Part shown: piece after piece, positions 29,487 through 40,297 of the stretch | Layout: the number at the start of each line of letters is the position of its first letter | How positions within the stretch are numbered: the first letter of the stretch is position 1 | Assembly: GCA_046290225.1 (NCBI GenBank) | Contig: JBKAGE010000034.1 | Location: 416,001-480,000 of the forward strand | From: Bradymonadia bacterium | GTDB taxonomy: Bacteria; Myxococcota_A; Bradymonadia; UBA7976; UBA1532 | Length of the DNA stretch: 64,000 bases | Direction of reading: 5' to 3' | The notes under the pieces: model-generated | The model's input: the letters and a program-made list of their open reading frames with translations, nothing else | Databases searched by the model: none | What the model was told of the DNA's origin: nothing | Program-made: the position numbers and the translations under genes

Positions 29487-31075
29487 TCCGCCTCCTGGCG
29501 CTCCACCTCGATGAGGCTCTGTATCATGTCTCGGGGCAGCAGTGATCCTTCTGTGAGGCGTGCAGCGGCCAGATCGCCTGCCCGAGCATGCCAGTAGACC
29601 CCTGCCCTCGCCGCCTCACCCGCATTGAGTCCTCGTGCGAGCAACGCGCCGATGATGCCTGACAATACGTCTCCACTGCCGCCCACCGCCATGCCGGGGT
29701 TCCCGACGGGACACACAGCGATGCCGGCCTCTGGATCACCCACGAGGGTGTGCGCGCCCTTGAGCACAACAACTGCCCCCGTCTTCTCCATCAACTGAAT
29801 CAACGCCCTCAGCCGATCAGACTGCACCTTGGACGCCGTCACGCCCAGCATGCGCCCGGCCTCACCTGGGTGAGGTGTGATCACCCGAGGGCCACCATCG
29901 TTCAACATCTCGAGGCGGCCTCGGAGACCATCGAGGCCAGTGGCGTCGATGAGCACCGGTGTGGGGATCGTGGATAGCCACTGGGGCCAGTCCACCCGGG
30001 CAGCCACGTCATCTGCGAGGCCAGGGCCCAGGACCAGCGCCGAGCTGCCTCTGATCTGGGTGGAGAGGCTCGCCGTGATCTGCGCTACCCCTGCTTCATC
30101 TGACCATCCGGCTTTCACCATGGCCTCGTACGCCTGCGCAGCCAGGGGGGCCTCTACCCGAGGATCGGTGAGCAGCGTGACCCGGCCGACGCCGCTGCGC
30201 AACGCCGCGTCCAGGGCCATCCGTGCAGCTCCAGTACGACCCGGGCTGCCCCCGATCACCGCCAGGGTCCCGTACGATCCTTTGTGGCTGTAGGGGGCAC
30301 GAGACACGAAGGCCGGCGCCAGAGTCTCCGGGCCGAGCACCCATCGGCGATGTCCTCCGAGCTGCCTGAGCGCAGCCTCGATGGCCTCATCGGGGATCCC
30401 GATGTCGACCACCTGCAGGGTGCCGACCTGAGATGCCCCCGGGTAGAGCCAGTGGCCCAGCTTGCTCGCCGCGAAGGTCACCGTCTCCGAGGCCTGCACT
30501 GACGGCGTGCCTGCACGGCCCGTAAGACCCGAGACGCCGCTGGGGACGTCCACGGCGATGACCGGGCCCCGTGTGCGCGCAGACCAGTCGTTGATCCATT
30601 GGATGGCCAGAGCGAGGGCCCCACGGGGATCTCCCCGAAGCCCGGTCCCCAACAGCGCGTCGATCACCACCTGAGCCTGTTCGAAGGTGGGCAGATCGTT
30701 CTGAGACTCCACTCTGTGGATCGACAGACCCAGGCGCTCACACACCGTGAGGTTGGTCCTGGCATCTCCGATGACACCCGCTGGATCAGCACAGAGCCAG
30801 AGCGAGACGTCATAGCCGCGGCCCACCAGATATCGAGCCACCACAGCTCCGTCACCGCCGTTGTTCCCTCGACCCATGAAGATCGCCACAGCATCTCCCG
30901 GGCGGGCATGGTGATCCACTCGATCAGCCACCTGACGGCCGGCGCTCTCCATGAGGGCGATGCCATCGAGGCCCAAGGTCTCGATGGTGTATCGATCGGC
31001 GGCCTGCATCTCCCTTGGGGTGAGCACCGTACGCAGGGCCTTCGCTCTGGCAGGATGATAGTGCGGTCGACTCAT
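29471..31075 (-). CDS. nnr: Bifunctional NAD(P)HX epimerase/dehydratase
   Basis: LMESAG, GNNGGDG, DALLGTG, DVPSG, HKGSYG, TPHPGEA, GSGDVLSG. Confidence 0.93.
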   Translation of the reverse strand: MSRPHYHPARAKALRTVLTPREMQAADRYTIETLGLDGIALMESAGRQVADRVDHHARPGDAVAIFMGRGNNGGDGAVVARYLVGRGYDVSLWLCADPAGVIGDARTNLTVCERLGLSIHRVESQNDLPTFEQAQVVIDALLGTGLRGDPRGALALAIQWINDWSARTRGPVIAVDVPSGVSGLTGRAGTPSVQASETVTFAASKLGHWLYPGASQVGTLQVVDIGIPDEAIEAALRQLGGHRRWVLGPETLAPAFVSRAPYSHKGSYGTLAVIGGSPGRTGAARMALDAALRSGVGRVTLLTDPRVEAPLAAQAYEAMVKAGWSDEAGVAQITASLSTQIRGSSALVLGPGLADDVAARVDWPQWLSTIPTPVLIDATGLDGLRGRLEMLNDGGPRVITPHPGEAGRMLGVTASKVQSDRLRALIQLMEKTGAVVVLKGAHTLVGDPEAGIAVCPVGNPGMAVGGSGDVLSGIIGALLARGLNAGEAARAGVYWHARAGDLAAARLTEGSLLPRDMIQSLIEVERQEAECSHD

Positions 31076-31449
31076 TGGGGCTTCACCACCAGGGCGACGG
31101 CGATGCCTGGATCATCGGCCCCCTGGCTTCGCTCGTGGGTCAGGCTCACGAGCCAGCTTTGGGACTCCGCGCCTCGGATTGTGAGCGTGGGCGCGCCATG
31201 CTCGGTGCGGCCCACCACCACATCGACGGCCCGCACCGCGATCAGTCGCTGCGCGGCGCGTTTTGCCGCGAGGCGGGCGGCGAAGCGCTCCTCTGGAAAC
31301 CGATGGTTTCGGCAATACGCCTGCTCTCGAGGGTGAAAGAAGGCGTCGATGTGGGGGCCAGCGTCACCATACGCAGCGAGCCAGTCGGACATCCACGTGA
31401 TGGGCATCGTGCTCAACGACACCGCCCCGGGGACAATGGGGGCAGGCAC
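31072..31449 (-). CDS. AcpS-like 4'-phosphopantetheinyl transferase homologue with catalytic residues altered
   Basis: FHPREQAYC...ERFAARLAAKRA...GAPTL...VSLTHE, in the syntenic glmM-acpS-nnr position. Confidence 0.7.
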   Translation of the reverse strand: MPAPIVPGAVSLSTMPITWMSDWLAAYGDAGPHIDAFFHPREQAYCRNHRFPEERFAARLAAKRAAQRLIAVRAVDVVVGRTEHGAPTLTIRGAESQSWLVSLTHERSQGADDPGIAVALVVKPQ

Positions 31450-31453
31450 CTGC

Positions 31454-32806
31454 TCAGGCCAGGGCTGTGGCGAGCAGCTCGCACAGCATGTCGCAATCGG
31501 CGGTGATGGCCCCCTCGTCGGGGCCCTCCACCATCACTCGAGCCTTGTTCTCGGTGCCCGAGTAGCGCACCAGCACTCGGCCCTCGCCGGCGTAGCGCGC
31601 CTCCACCGCTTCGATGGCCTTCATGACCTCAGGCAAGGTGTCCAGAGGTGGCTTGCGGGCCACCTTGATGCTCTTGAGGACCTGGGGGTAGTGCACCAGG
31701 GCCTGAGCGAGCTCGCTCAGGGGCTTGCCGCTGCGCACCATCACCCCAAGGACGGAGAGCGCGCTCACGAGACCGTCGCCGGTGGTGGTGTGGCTGAGGC
31801 TGACGATGTGACCCGACTGCTCGCCTCCGAGCACATACCCCTCGGCACGCATGCGCTCCACGACGTAGCGATCGCCCACCTGGGTGCGTTCCAGCTTGCC
31901 ACCAGCGGCTTCCAGGGCCCGGTTCAGGCCCAGGTTGCTCATGACCGTGGCCACCACCGTGTTGTGGGTCAGCGTGCCGTCCGCGAGCATCTGCAGTCCC
32001 AGGATCGCCAGGATCTGATCGCCATCGGTGACGTTGCCCTTCTCGTCGACGAGGATGCAGCGATCAGCGTCACCATCGAGGGCCACGCCGATCTGTGCCC
32101 CCTCGGCTCGAACGCGCTCGGCGAGCTGCTCCGGATACAGGGCCCCCACCCCGTCGTTGATGTTCACCCCGTTGGGGCCGCAGCCCATGGCCACCACCTC
32201 GGCCCCCAGCTCGGAGAGCACCTCGGGGGCCACGCGGTAGGCAGCGCCATGGGCGCAGTCCACCACGATCTTCATGCCATCGAGGGTGTACTGCCGGGGA
32301 AACACCAACTTCGCAAAGACCGCATAACGGCCATGGGCATCGTCGATGCGGTATGCCCGGCCAATGTCGGCCCCCGTGGGCAGATCGCCGACGCCGGCCT
32401 CGATGAGGGCCTCGAGCTCGCTCTCCACCTCGTCGGGCAGCTTGAAGCCGTCACCGGCGAAGATTTTGATACCGTTGTCCTGGAAGGCGTTGTGGCTCGC
32501 CGAGATCATCACCCCGGCGTCGGCCCGCATGCCCGCGGTCATGAAAGCCACCCCAGGGGTGGGCAACGGCCCCACCAGCATGACGTTGGCCCCGGCGGAG
32601 CAGAGCCCGCTGGCGAGGGCCATCTCGATCATGTAGCACGAGCGCCGGGTGTCCTTCCCGATGAGCACTCGGGGCTGGTGGCTGGAGCCCCGGGCAAGCC
32701 TCACGGCGATGGCTCGACCCAGCCTGAGAGCCACCTCGGCGCTCATGGGGTGCCGATTCGCCTCGCCGCGAATGCCATCGGTGCCGAACAACGTACGCTT
32801 GCCCAT
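31454..32806 (-). CDS. glmM: Phosphoglucosamine mutase
   Basis: FGTDGIRG, ISASHN, DGDADR, GGEQSGH, RYSGTE. Confidence 0.97.
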   Translation of the reverse strand: MGKRTLFGTDGIRGEANRHPMSAEVALRLGRAIAVRLARGSSHQPRVLIGKDTRRSCYMIEMALASGLCSAGANVMLVGPLPTPGVAFMTAGMRADAGVMISASHNAFQDNGIKIFAGDGFKLPDEVESELEALIEAGVGDLPTGADIGRAYRIDDAHGRYAVFAKLVFPRQYTLDGMKIVVDCAHGAAYRVAPEVLSELGAEVVAMGCGPNGVNINDGVGALYPEQLAERVRAEGAQIGVALDGDADRCILVDEKGNVTDGDQILAILGLQMLADGTLTHNTVVATVMSNLGLNRALEAAGGKLERTQVGDRYVVERMRAEGYVLGGEQSGHIVSLSHTTTGDGLVSALSVLGVMVRSGKPLSELAQALVHYPQVLKSIKVARKPPLDTLPEVMKAIEAVEARYAGEGRVLVRYSGTENKARVMVEGPDEGAITADCDMLCELLATALA

Positions 32807-32882
32807 AGGGGGCCTCCTTCTCCCAGATCACCCACCACCCCTCTAACTCGGGCGGTGGGCATCTCTCATACACAGCGAGCGC

Positions 32883-33923
32883 TCAAGGGTCTACACCCCC
32901 GTCGAGGCCCCCGTCAGGCTCGAGGCTGGCGTCGGGGCCCGCGTCGGGTGGCGGGGGTTTCGGCTCGTCTTTGCGAGCCAGGGCCGCCACCGAAGGCGAC
33001 AAACCGCCGAGGCGGAGACCGTTGGGCAAATCGAATTTGATGGGCCGCTCTTGGAGCCCTCGGCGCTTGGGATCGATGTCAGAGGCGTCGACATACGCCT
33101 CCAGGGCTTCGGCGTCGAGGCGTGCCAGGGCCCTTTGCGGGCCGTGCAGGGTGATGTTCACCGTCGCCGGGCTCACCTCGTAGATGCCCCCATCGGCAGG
33201 CAGAGAGCGAATCACCACCGGGCGACCACTCAGCACCCGCGTGCCCTGTCGCTCCTCGATCTCCAAAGTGACCGTGTAGCTCTGCGGGCCCAGGAACACC
33301 ACGTTCTCGGGCGCCCTCGCAAGTCGGGCCGTGAGGGTGGCCGAGCGCTCTCGCCCGCTCAGCTTGATGGTCTCTGTCTGCACCTCGGTGATGGCGTTCA
33401 CTTGAGAGGCAGGGCCCTTCACGGTGACCTCGTCGGGCTCCACCGTCTTCTGCACCACCCGGAAGTCCCGGGCAGGCTCCCCCTCTGTGTTCACCCGCAC
33501 CGGGCGACGCGCCACCACCTCGGCTTCGAACTGCACCATCATCGCCGGCGGCCTGATCGATCGGATCACCAGCCCCCGTGGCAGCTTGAACATCTCCCGC
33601 TCGAAGGTCAGCTGCTCGTTCTCGAAGCCCGTGAGGTTGAGATCGAGGAACTCGGGGAACTGGGCCTCCAGATCCCGCAGGCGGCTGAACTTGCCCTCGA
33701 TGGTGAGGGTGATGCTCTCCACCAGGGGGCTCACCAGGATCCGCTCTACAGGGTGGGCCACCCGCACGCGCACACTGCGGTTCACCACAGCGGTCTTGTC
33801 TTCGCGCACCAGCACAAAGAGCACCACCGCCAGGGCCAGGGCCACCGCCTTCTGCGTAAAGTTTCGAGTCAGCGTGCGATAGAGCCAGGGGCGGCGACGC
33901 TCACCAGAGAACGGCTCGGTCAT
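32883..33923 (-). CDS. cdaR: CdaR/YbbR-like regulator
   Basis: N-terminal TM (KAVALALAVVLFVLV), YbbR-type repeats (VEPDEVTVKGP, VSPATVNITLHGP); lies between cdaA and glmM. Confidence 0.85.
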   Translation of the reverse strand: MTEPFSGERRRPWLYRTLTRNFTQKAVALALAVVLFVLVREDKTAVVNRSVRVRVAHPVERILVSPLVESITLTIEGKFSRLRDLEAQFPEFLDLNLTGFENEQLTFEREMFKLPRGLVIRSIRPPAMMVQFEAEVVARRPVRVNTEGEPARDFRVVQKTVEPDEVTVKGPASQVNAITEVQTETIKLSGRERSATLTARLARAPENVVFLGPQSYTVTLEIEERQGTRVLSGRPVVIRSLPADGGIYEVSPATVNITLHGPQRALARLDAEALEAYVDASDIDPKRRGLQERPIKFDLPNGLRLGGLSPSVAALARKDEPKPPPPDAGPDASLEPDGGLDGGVDP

Positions 33924-34831
33924 CCGTCCACCCCCTGATCAGCCTGAGTCTGAGCCTCGCCCTTTCGCTTGTCCTTGCGTCGCAGCTCCAGGGCCCCCGG
34001 GAGCACCGACACCACACTGCCTCCTCGACGGAACAGGCCACCCGGGCGCTGGATCAACAGCTCGGTGAGCCGATCACGCAACACCGTCACCGACAGGTCG
34101 AGCTCCAAGGCCCCTTCTACGGCGAGGGAGACCGTACCCCGCTCTTCGCTGATGACGATGACCACGGCGTCGACCTCTTCAGCGAGGCCCAGGGCCGCCC
34201 GGTGCCGGGTGCCCAGGCTGCGATCGAGGTGAGGGTTCACGCTCATGGGCAGGAACACGCCCGAGGCGACCGCCCTGCCCTCGCGGATCACCGTGGCGCC
34301 GTCGTGGAGCGGGTTCTGACGCTCGGGAATGAAGATGGCGTGGAGCAGCTCTTTCGACACCCGGGCATCGAGCTTGGTGCTGTCTTCCATATAAGGCGTC
34401 AGATCGCCTCCCCGCTCGATGGCCATGAGGCCCCCGATGTGCTGGTTCGAGAGGGTGACAGAGGCCTTCACCAGTTCGTCGACGATCTGGGACTCAGCGC
34501 CGCTGCCAAAGCGCTGAAGAATTTGGGCGCGGCCAAACTGCGTCAGCGCTCGGCGAATGTCCGACTGGAACAACACCACCACGATGAGCAGCAGAGAGCC
34601 GATGAACTTCTCCAGCAGCCAGTTGAAGGTGGCCAGGCCGAGGAAGGCCTCCTGACTGAGGAAGAACAATAAGATGATGGCCAGCAGGCCGATGAGCATG
34701 GGCACCGCGCGGGTACCCTTGATGATGAGCAGGAACCGATAGATCAGGTAGTAGACGATGAGGATGTCGAGGGTCGTGAGGATCCATCCCCTCAGATCCC
34801 ACAGCAGGAAGCCTGCCTCCTCTCCACCCAC
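33920..34831 (-). CDS. cdaA: Diadenylate cyclase CdaA
   Basis: Three N-terminal TMs, FQSDIRRAL, PLHDGA, GTRHRAALG, SEERG. Confidence 0.93.
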   Translation of the reverse strand: MGGEEAGFLLWDLRGWILTTLDILIVYYLIYRFLLIIKGTRAVPMLIGLLAIILLFFLSQEAFLGLATFNWLLEKFIGSLLLIVVVLFQSDIRRALTQFGRAQILQRFGSGAESQIVDELVKASVTLSNQHIGGLMAIERGGDLTPYMEDSTKLDARVSKELLHAIFIPERQNPLHDGATVIREGRAVASGVFLPMSVNPHLDRSLGTRHRAALGLAEEVDAVVIVISEERGTVSLAVEGALELDLSVTVLRDRLTELLIQRPGGLFRRGGSVVSVLPGALELRRKDKRKGEAQTQADQGVDG

Positions 34832-34857
34832 GTCGATCTCTCCCTTCCTTCAGCGCC

Positions 34858-35706
34858 CTACAGGGCGTTCGTCCTGGTCTCCGCGATCGCCTTGGCGATC
34901 CGCACCACGTCTCTCATCTCGGCTACGTCGTGCACGCGCACCACGTGGGCCCCTTCAGAGACACAGCAGGCCACGGCCGCTGCGGTCCCCCACTGGCGGG
35001 CCTCCACAGGCTGATCTGTGAGGGCACCGATGAACGACTTGCGCGACACCCCCATGAGCACCGGCCGCTCCAGCTCTGCCCAGCGCGGCAGGCCTGTGAT
35101 CAATTGCAAGTTCTGGGGCACAGTCTTGCCAAAACCAATGCCCGGATCGAGGCAGATGGCCTCGGGGCTCACCCCTGCGCCTTCGGCGCGGGCCATGGCC
35201 GCCTTGAGTCGATTCATGGCCAGCGCAGTGATGTCATCAGCAGACAAATCGCCGGACTGCATCGTCTGCGGATTGCCTCGCATGTGCATCAAGACCAGGC
35301 CCGCCCCCGACTCTGCCGCCACAGAGGCCATCTCAGGATCGCAGAGGGCGGTGATGTCGTTGATGATGTCTGCCCCCGCATCGACCGCCTGGCGCGCCAC
35401 TGCGGCCTTGCAAGTGTCAATGGAGATGCTCACCGAAGTGTGTGCTCTCAACCCCTCGATCACCGGGATCACCCTGGAGAGCTCTTGTTCTACAGACACC
35501 GGCTCAGCGCCAGGGCGAGAAGACTCACCGCCGACGTCGAGGATCTGCGCCCCCTGCTCCACCATACTCAACCCAGCCTCGATGGCACGGCGTGCGTCGA
35601 GGTGCAGACCGCCGTCGGAGAAGGAGTCAGGTGTGGTGTTGATGACGCCCATGAGGATCACGGGGCCCGGCCACTCGAAGGTGCCGAGAGGGGTTCGCCA
35701 GCGCAC
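34858..35706 (-). CDS. folP: Dihydropteroate synthase
   Basis: NTTPDSFSDGG, DVGGESSRPG, DPGIGFGK, SRKSF, RVHDV. Confidence 0.96.
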   Translation of the reverse strand: MRWRTPLGTFEWPGPVILMGVINTTPDSFSDGGLHLDARRAIEAGLSMVEQGAQILDVGGESSRPGAEPVSVEQELSRVIPVIEGLRAHTSVSISIDTCKAAVARQAVDAGADIINDITALCDPEMASVAAESGAGLVLMHMRGNPQTMQSGDLSADDITALAMNRLKAAMARAEGAGVSPEAICLDPGIGFGKTVPQNLQLITGLPRWAELERPVLMGVSRKSFIGALTDQPVEARQWGTAAAVACCVSEGAHVVRVHDVAEMRDVVRIAKAIAETRTNAL

Positions 35707-35886
35707 GGGCTTCGATCACCTCCACCGGTCAGCAGTTCATGGGGAGCTCGACAGAGGCCCTGTCAGCTCAGGGCCCTTCATCTCAAGGTGAAGACACTCT
35801 AACGCCTTGAGGCCCATAGAAAAAACACTTGGTAAAAAAAGACAGTTTCCCCATCTGGGCGCCCATGGTCATGAAGCGCCTCAACG

Positions 35887-35918
35887 AAAAAAGGCCGACT
35901 CTCTACAGAGCCGGCCTT
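35887..35918 (-). terminator. Intrinsic terminator after ftsH
   Basis: AAAAAAGGCCGACTCT...AGAGCCGGCCTT, a hairpin with U-tract on the minus strand. Confidence 0.7.
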
Positions 35919-35949
35919 CGACGTCGAGCGTGCGCTCGAGATGGCGGAA

Positions 35950-37869
<1,920 letters not shown>

Positions 37870-38190
37870 GAGATTCCTCTGTGGGTGTAAGGGAGAATTC
37901 GGCCCGAAAGCCCCGCCTGAAGCGGGCGAGGCGGCACGGGGACGAAGCTAGCACGCAGACATTAAGCACAGCAACTCGAGGGCCAACCCCCAAAATGCAC
38001 GGCTGATGGGCATGTGCTCTTTGTTTAATGAGCACAACGCCTGTGTGCCTGCGCTGATTCCTTGGACGCCTCAAGATGCCCAGTGGATTCCTCTGAAACA
38101 TCAGCGACCTCATACATTGAGCACATCGGCACGGGGTCTCGAGGAACGTAAGCCCAATTCATCGCCTTGGTGATGGGCCATTTCACAGCC

Positions 38191-39159
38191 TCAGCGCGAA
38201 GGGTCGGCGACGATCTCCACCCAGTCACGCGAGTGCCTCAACAGCCATCCTCCAGGCAGCTGCCACTGCCCGGTATGGTGCAAGCGCATCAGGGCCAGAT
38301 CGAGGTGTTTGCCACCTCCTCGGGGCATCGGCGCGCTGATCGCCTCGGCCCAAAGATGCCGGAGCGCCAACCGTCGCAATCCCTCAGGCGCCTTGAGCAG
38401 CGCCGTTCGAGAGAGTGCCAGGGGTGATTCTGGGCGTGTGCTCTCCTCAAGCCACCCCGACAGCAAGTAGTCGAGGGCTTCGCAATCACTCTGGAGCCTC
38501 GAGGCGGCCCGAGCCGTCCCGGCGCGCCAGTGAGGGCCCAAAGCAACATCCAAGCCTTCCAGAGCCCCATGGCGTACGCGATTGCGCAGAAATTTGTCGG
38601 AGGTGTTGGTGGGATCCTCTCGCCAGGGCACACCAAATCGTTCGGCGTGCTCAGCGATCTCGCTCCGCGTCACCATGAGCATGGGCCGAACAACACCTGG
38701 GCGACGACGGAGGATGCCACGGGCGCCGTGTACCCCCACCCCTGTGGACAGCCGCATCAACAACGTCTCCGCCTGGTCGTCCGCGGTGTGCCCCGTGGCC
38801 ACGGATGCCCCCAACTCTGCCCCCCGCCGCAACAACGCAGCATAGCGGGCATGACGAGCGGCCCCTTCGACGCCATCTCCCGCGACATCACAGGTCACGG
38901 CGATCAGCTCCGCCGGGCAACCCCAGCTGCGGGCGACACGCACCACCCATTCTGCATCTGCTCGGGCGTCTGGCCGCAGCTGATGATCAACAGTGATCAC
39001 GTGCAGGGGCCCCACCTGGGCGAGACACAGAGCATGGAGCATCACCATGGAGTCCCGCCCTCCGCTGCACGCCACCACCATCCCTGAACCGATGTGTGCG
39101 CCCACGGCGCGTCGGATCGCGGTGCACACAGGCCCCGTGCCCACTGTCGAACGCCTCAC
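38191..39159 (-). CDS. tilS: tRNA(Ile)-lysidine synthetase
   Basis: SGGRDS, DHQLR, GHTADDQAET, RPML, RNRVRH. Confidence 0.92.
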   Translation of the reverse strand: MRRSTVGTGPVCTAIRRAVGAHIGSGMVVACSGGRDSMVMLHALCLAQVGPLHVITVDHQLRPDARADAEWVVRVARSWGCPAELIAVTCDVAGDGVEGAARHARYAALLRRGAELGASVATGHTADDQAETLLMRLSTGVGVHGARGILRRRPGVVRPMLMVTRSEIAEHAERFGVPWREDPTNTSDKFLRNRVRHGALEGLDVALGPHWRAGTARAASRLQSDCEALDYLLSGWLEESTRPESPLALSRTALLKAPEGLRRLALRHLWAEAISAPMPRGGGKHLDLALMRLHHTGQWQLPGGWLLRHSRDWVEIVADPSR

Positions 39160-39169
39160 GACAACAGCC

Positions 39170-39946
39170 TCACGGTGTCGATGGCAACCACAGGGCAGCC
39201 CCTTCCAGCATGGCCTTCATCGCGGAGGTCGGGTACAGCGCCTCGCCAGGTTTGTCGTGCAGCCCCCAGAGGGGCGCCGAGACCAGGGTGGCGAGTTGAC
39301 CATCGCGATCGACGACAGGTGTGCCCGACGGCAACATCACCCCTGGAGACCACCGATAGAATTGATACGGCTTGGGTGCCTGCGCCACGATCCCGACAGG
39401 CACGAGCGCAGGTGCTCCTCCTGAACCATCGAGCACCACCGCCCAGCGACGCGCCCCAGGCTCAAGCGTGGTCAGCGTCGTGGTGTCCACTGAGGTGGCT
39501 TTGGAGGACCCCGGCTTCGACTCGGGCTTGGCCACATCGAGGATCACCAGCCCCTGCTCGACCTTCACCATGCCCGGGGCTGCAGCACGCCACGGGCCAT
39601 CGGCCACTTGCACCTCGATGACGTCCTCGTCTTCCGACGGCCAGCCCGTGACCAGGCGTTCCACCGTGAGCACCCGGCCAGGGGCGAGCAGCCAGCCATA
39701 TGCCGAGGGTTCGAAGACCGGCCGAGCGCTCACTGCGGGCGGTATACGTCGACGCACGCGCACGACACGAGGCGCCATCTGGGCAGCGAAGGCCTGTCTG
39801 CTTTGTACGCTCAACAACTGAGCATCAGCAGATCCGGGAGAGATTCTGCCCGTAGATGCTTTTGAAGGCGGCCCCCCACCCTGGCCCCATGCATGCCCCC
39901 ACAGGAGGCAGAGCAATACGAAGGGGTGGGTCATGCGGTGCAACAT
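39170..39946 (-). CDS. Secreted trypsin-like (S1C) fold protein with degenerate triad
   Basis: Signal peptide; PRVVRV, GWLLAPGRVLTVERLV, GLVILDV, SGTPVVDRDGQL follow HtrA-type motif order. Confidence 0.5.
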   Translation of the reverse strand: MLHRMTHPFVLLCLLWGHAWGQGGGPPSKASTGRISPGSADAQLLSVQSRQAFAAQMAPRVVRVRRRIPPAVSARPVFEPSAYGWLLAPGRVLTVERLVTGWPSEDEDVIEVQVADGPWRAAAPGMVKVEQGLVILDVAKPESKPGSSKATSVDTTTLTTLEPGARRWAVVLDGSGGAPALVPVGIVAQAPKPYQFYRWSPGVMLPSGTPVVDRDGQLATLVSAPLWGLHDKPGEALYPTSAMKAMLEGAALWLPSTP

Positions 39947-40235
39947 TCTTCACTCCGACCTGGAGGTCGATTTTGAGACTGTCTTGTTCGAGTGGTCCAA
40001 TGTATGCCCAACCACCACACCAGCCACGCATCGACACAGTCGTGGCCACAGCGGTGCCGGGTCTGGACCGACCCATGATTAAAGAAATTCGAACCAACCG
40101 GGAACCTTCTCGTCTCGACGCTGTCGAAGGAGCCAGTTCTCGAAAGTTCCGGCCTCGATCTCACGGATTGAGCGAGGCACGACACAATTGACGTTCGGGT
40201 GACAACCCGGCGACCCCACGAGACCGGCACCATCC

Positions 40236-40264
40236 TTGACCGGGAAGAGGGCCATGGCTAGGAT
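40236..40264 (+). promoter_or_regulatory. Sigma70-type promoter
   Basis: TTGACC-N17-TAGGAT. Confidence 0.6.
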
Positions 40265-40297
40265 GCCGTGTCCTTCGACCGGCTGTCGGTCAGGCAA

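Noticed and set aside
37948..37975. CIRCE element before ftsH (CTAGCAC...)
   Set aside because: The right arm GAGTGCTAA is absent.
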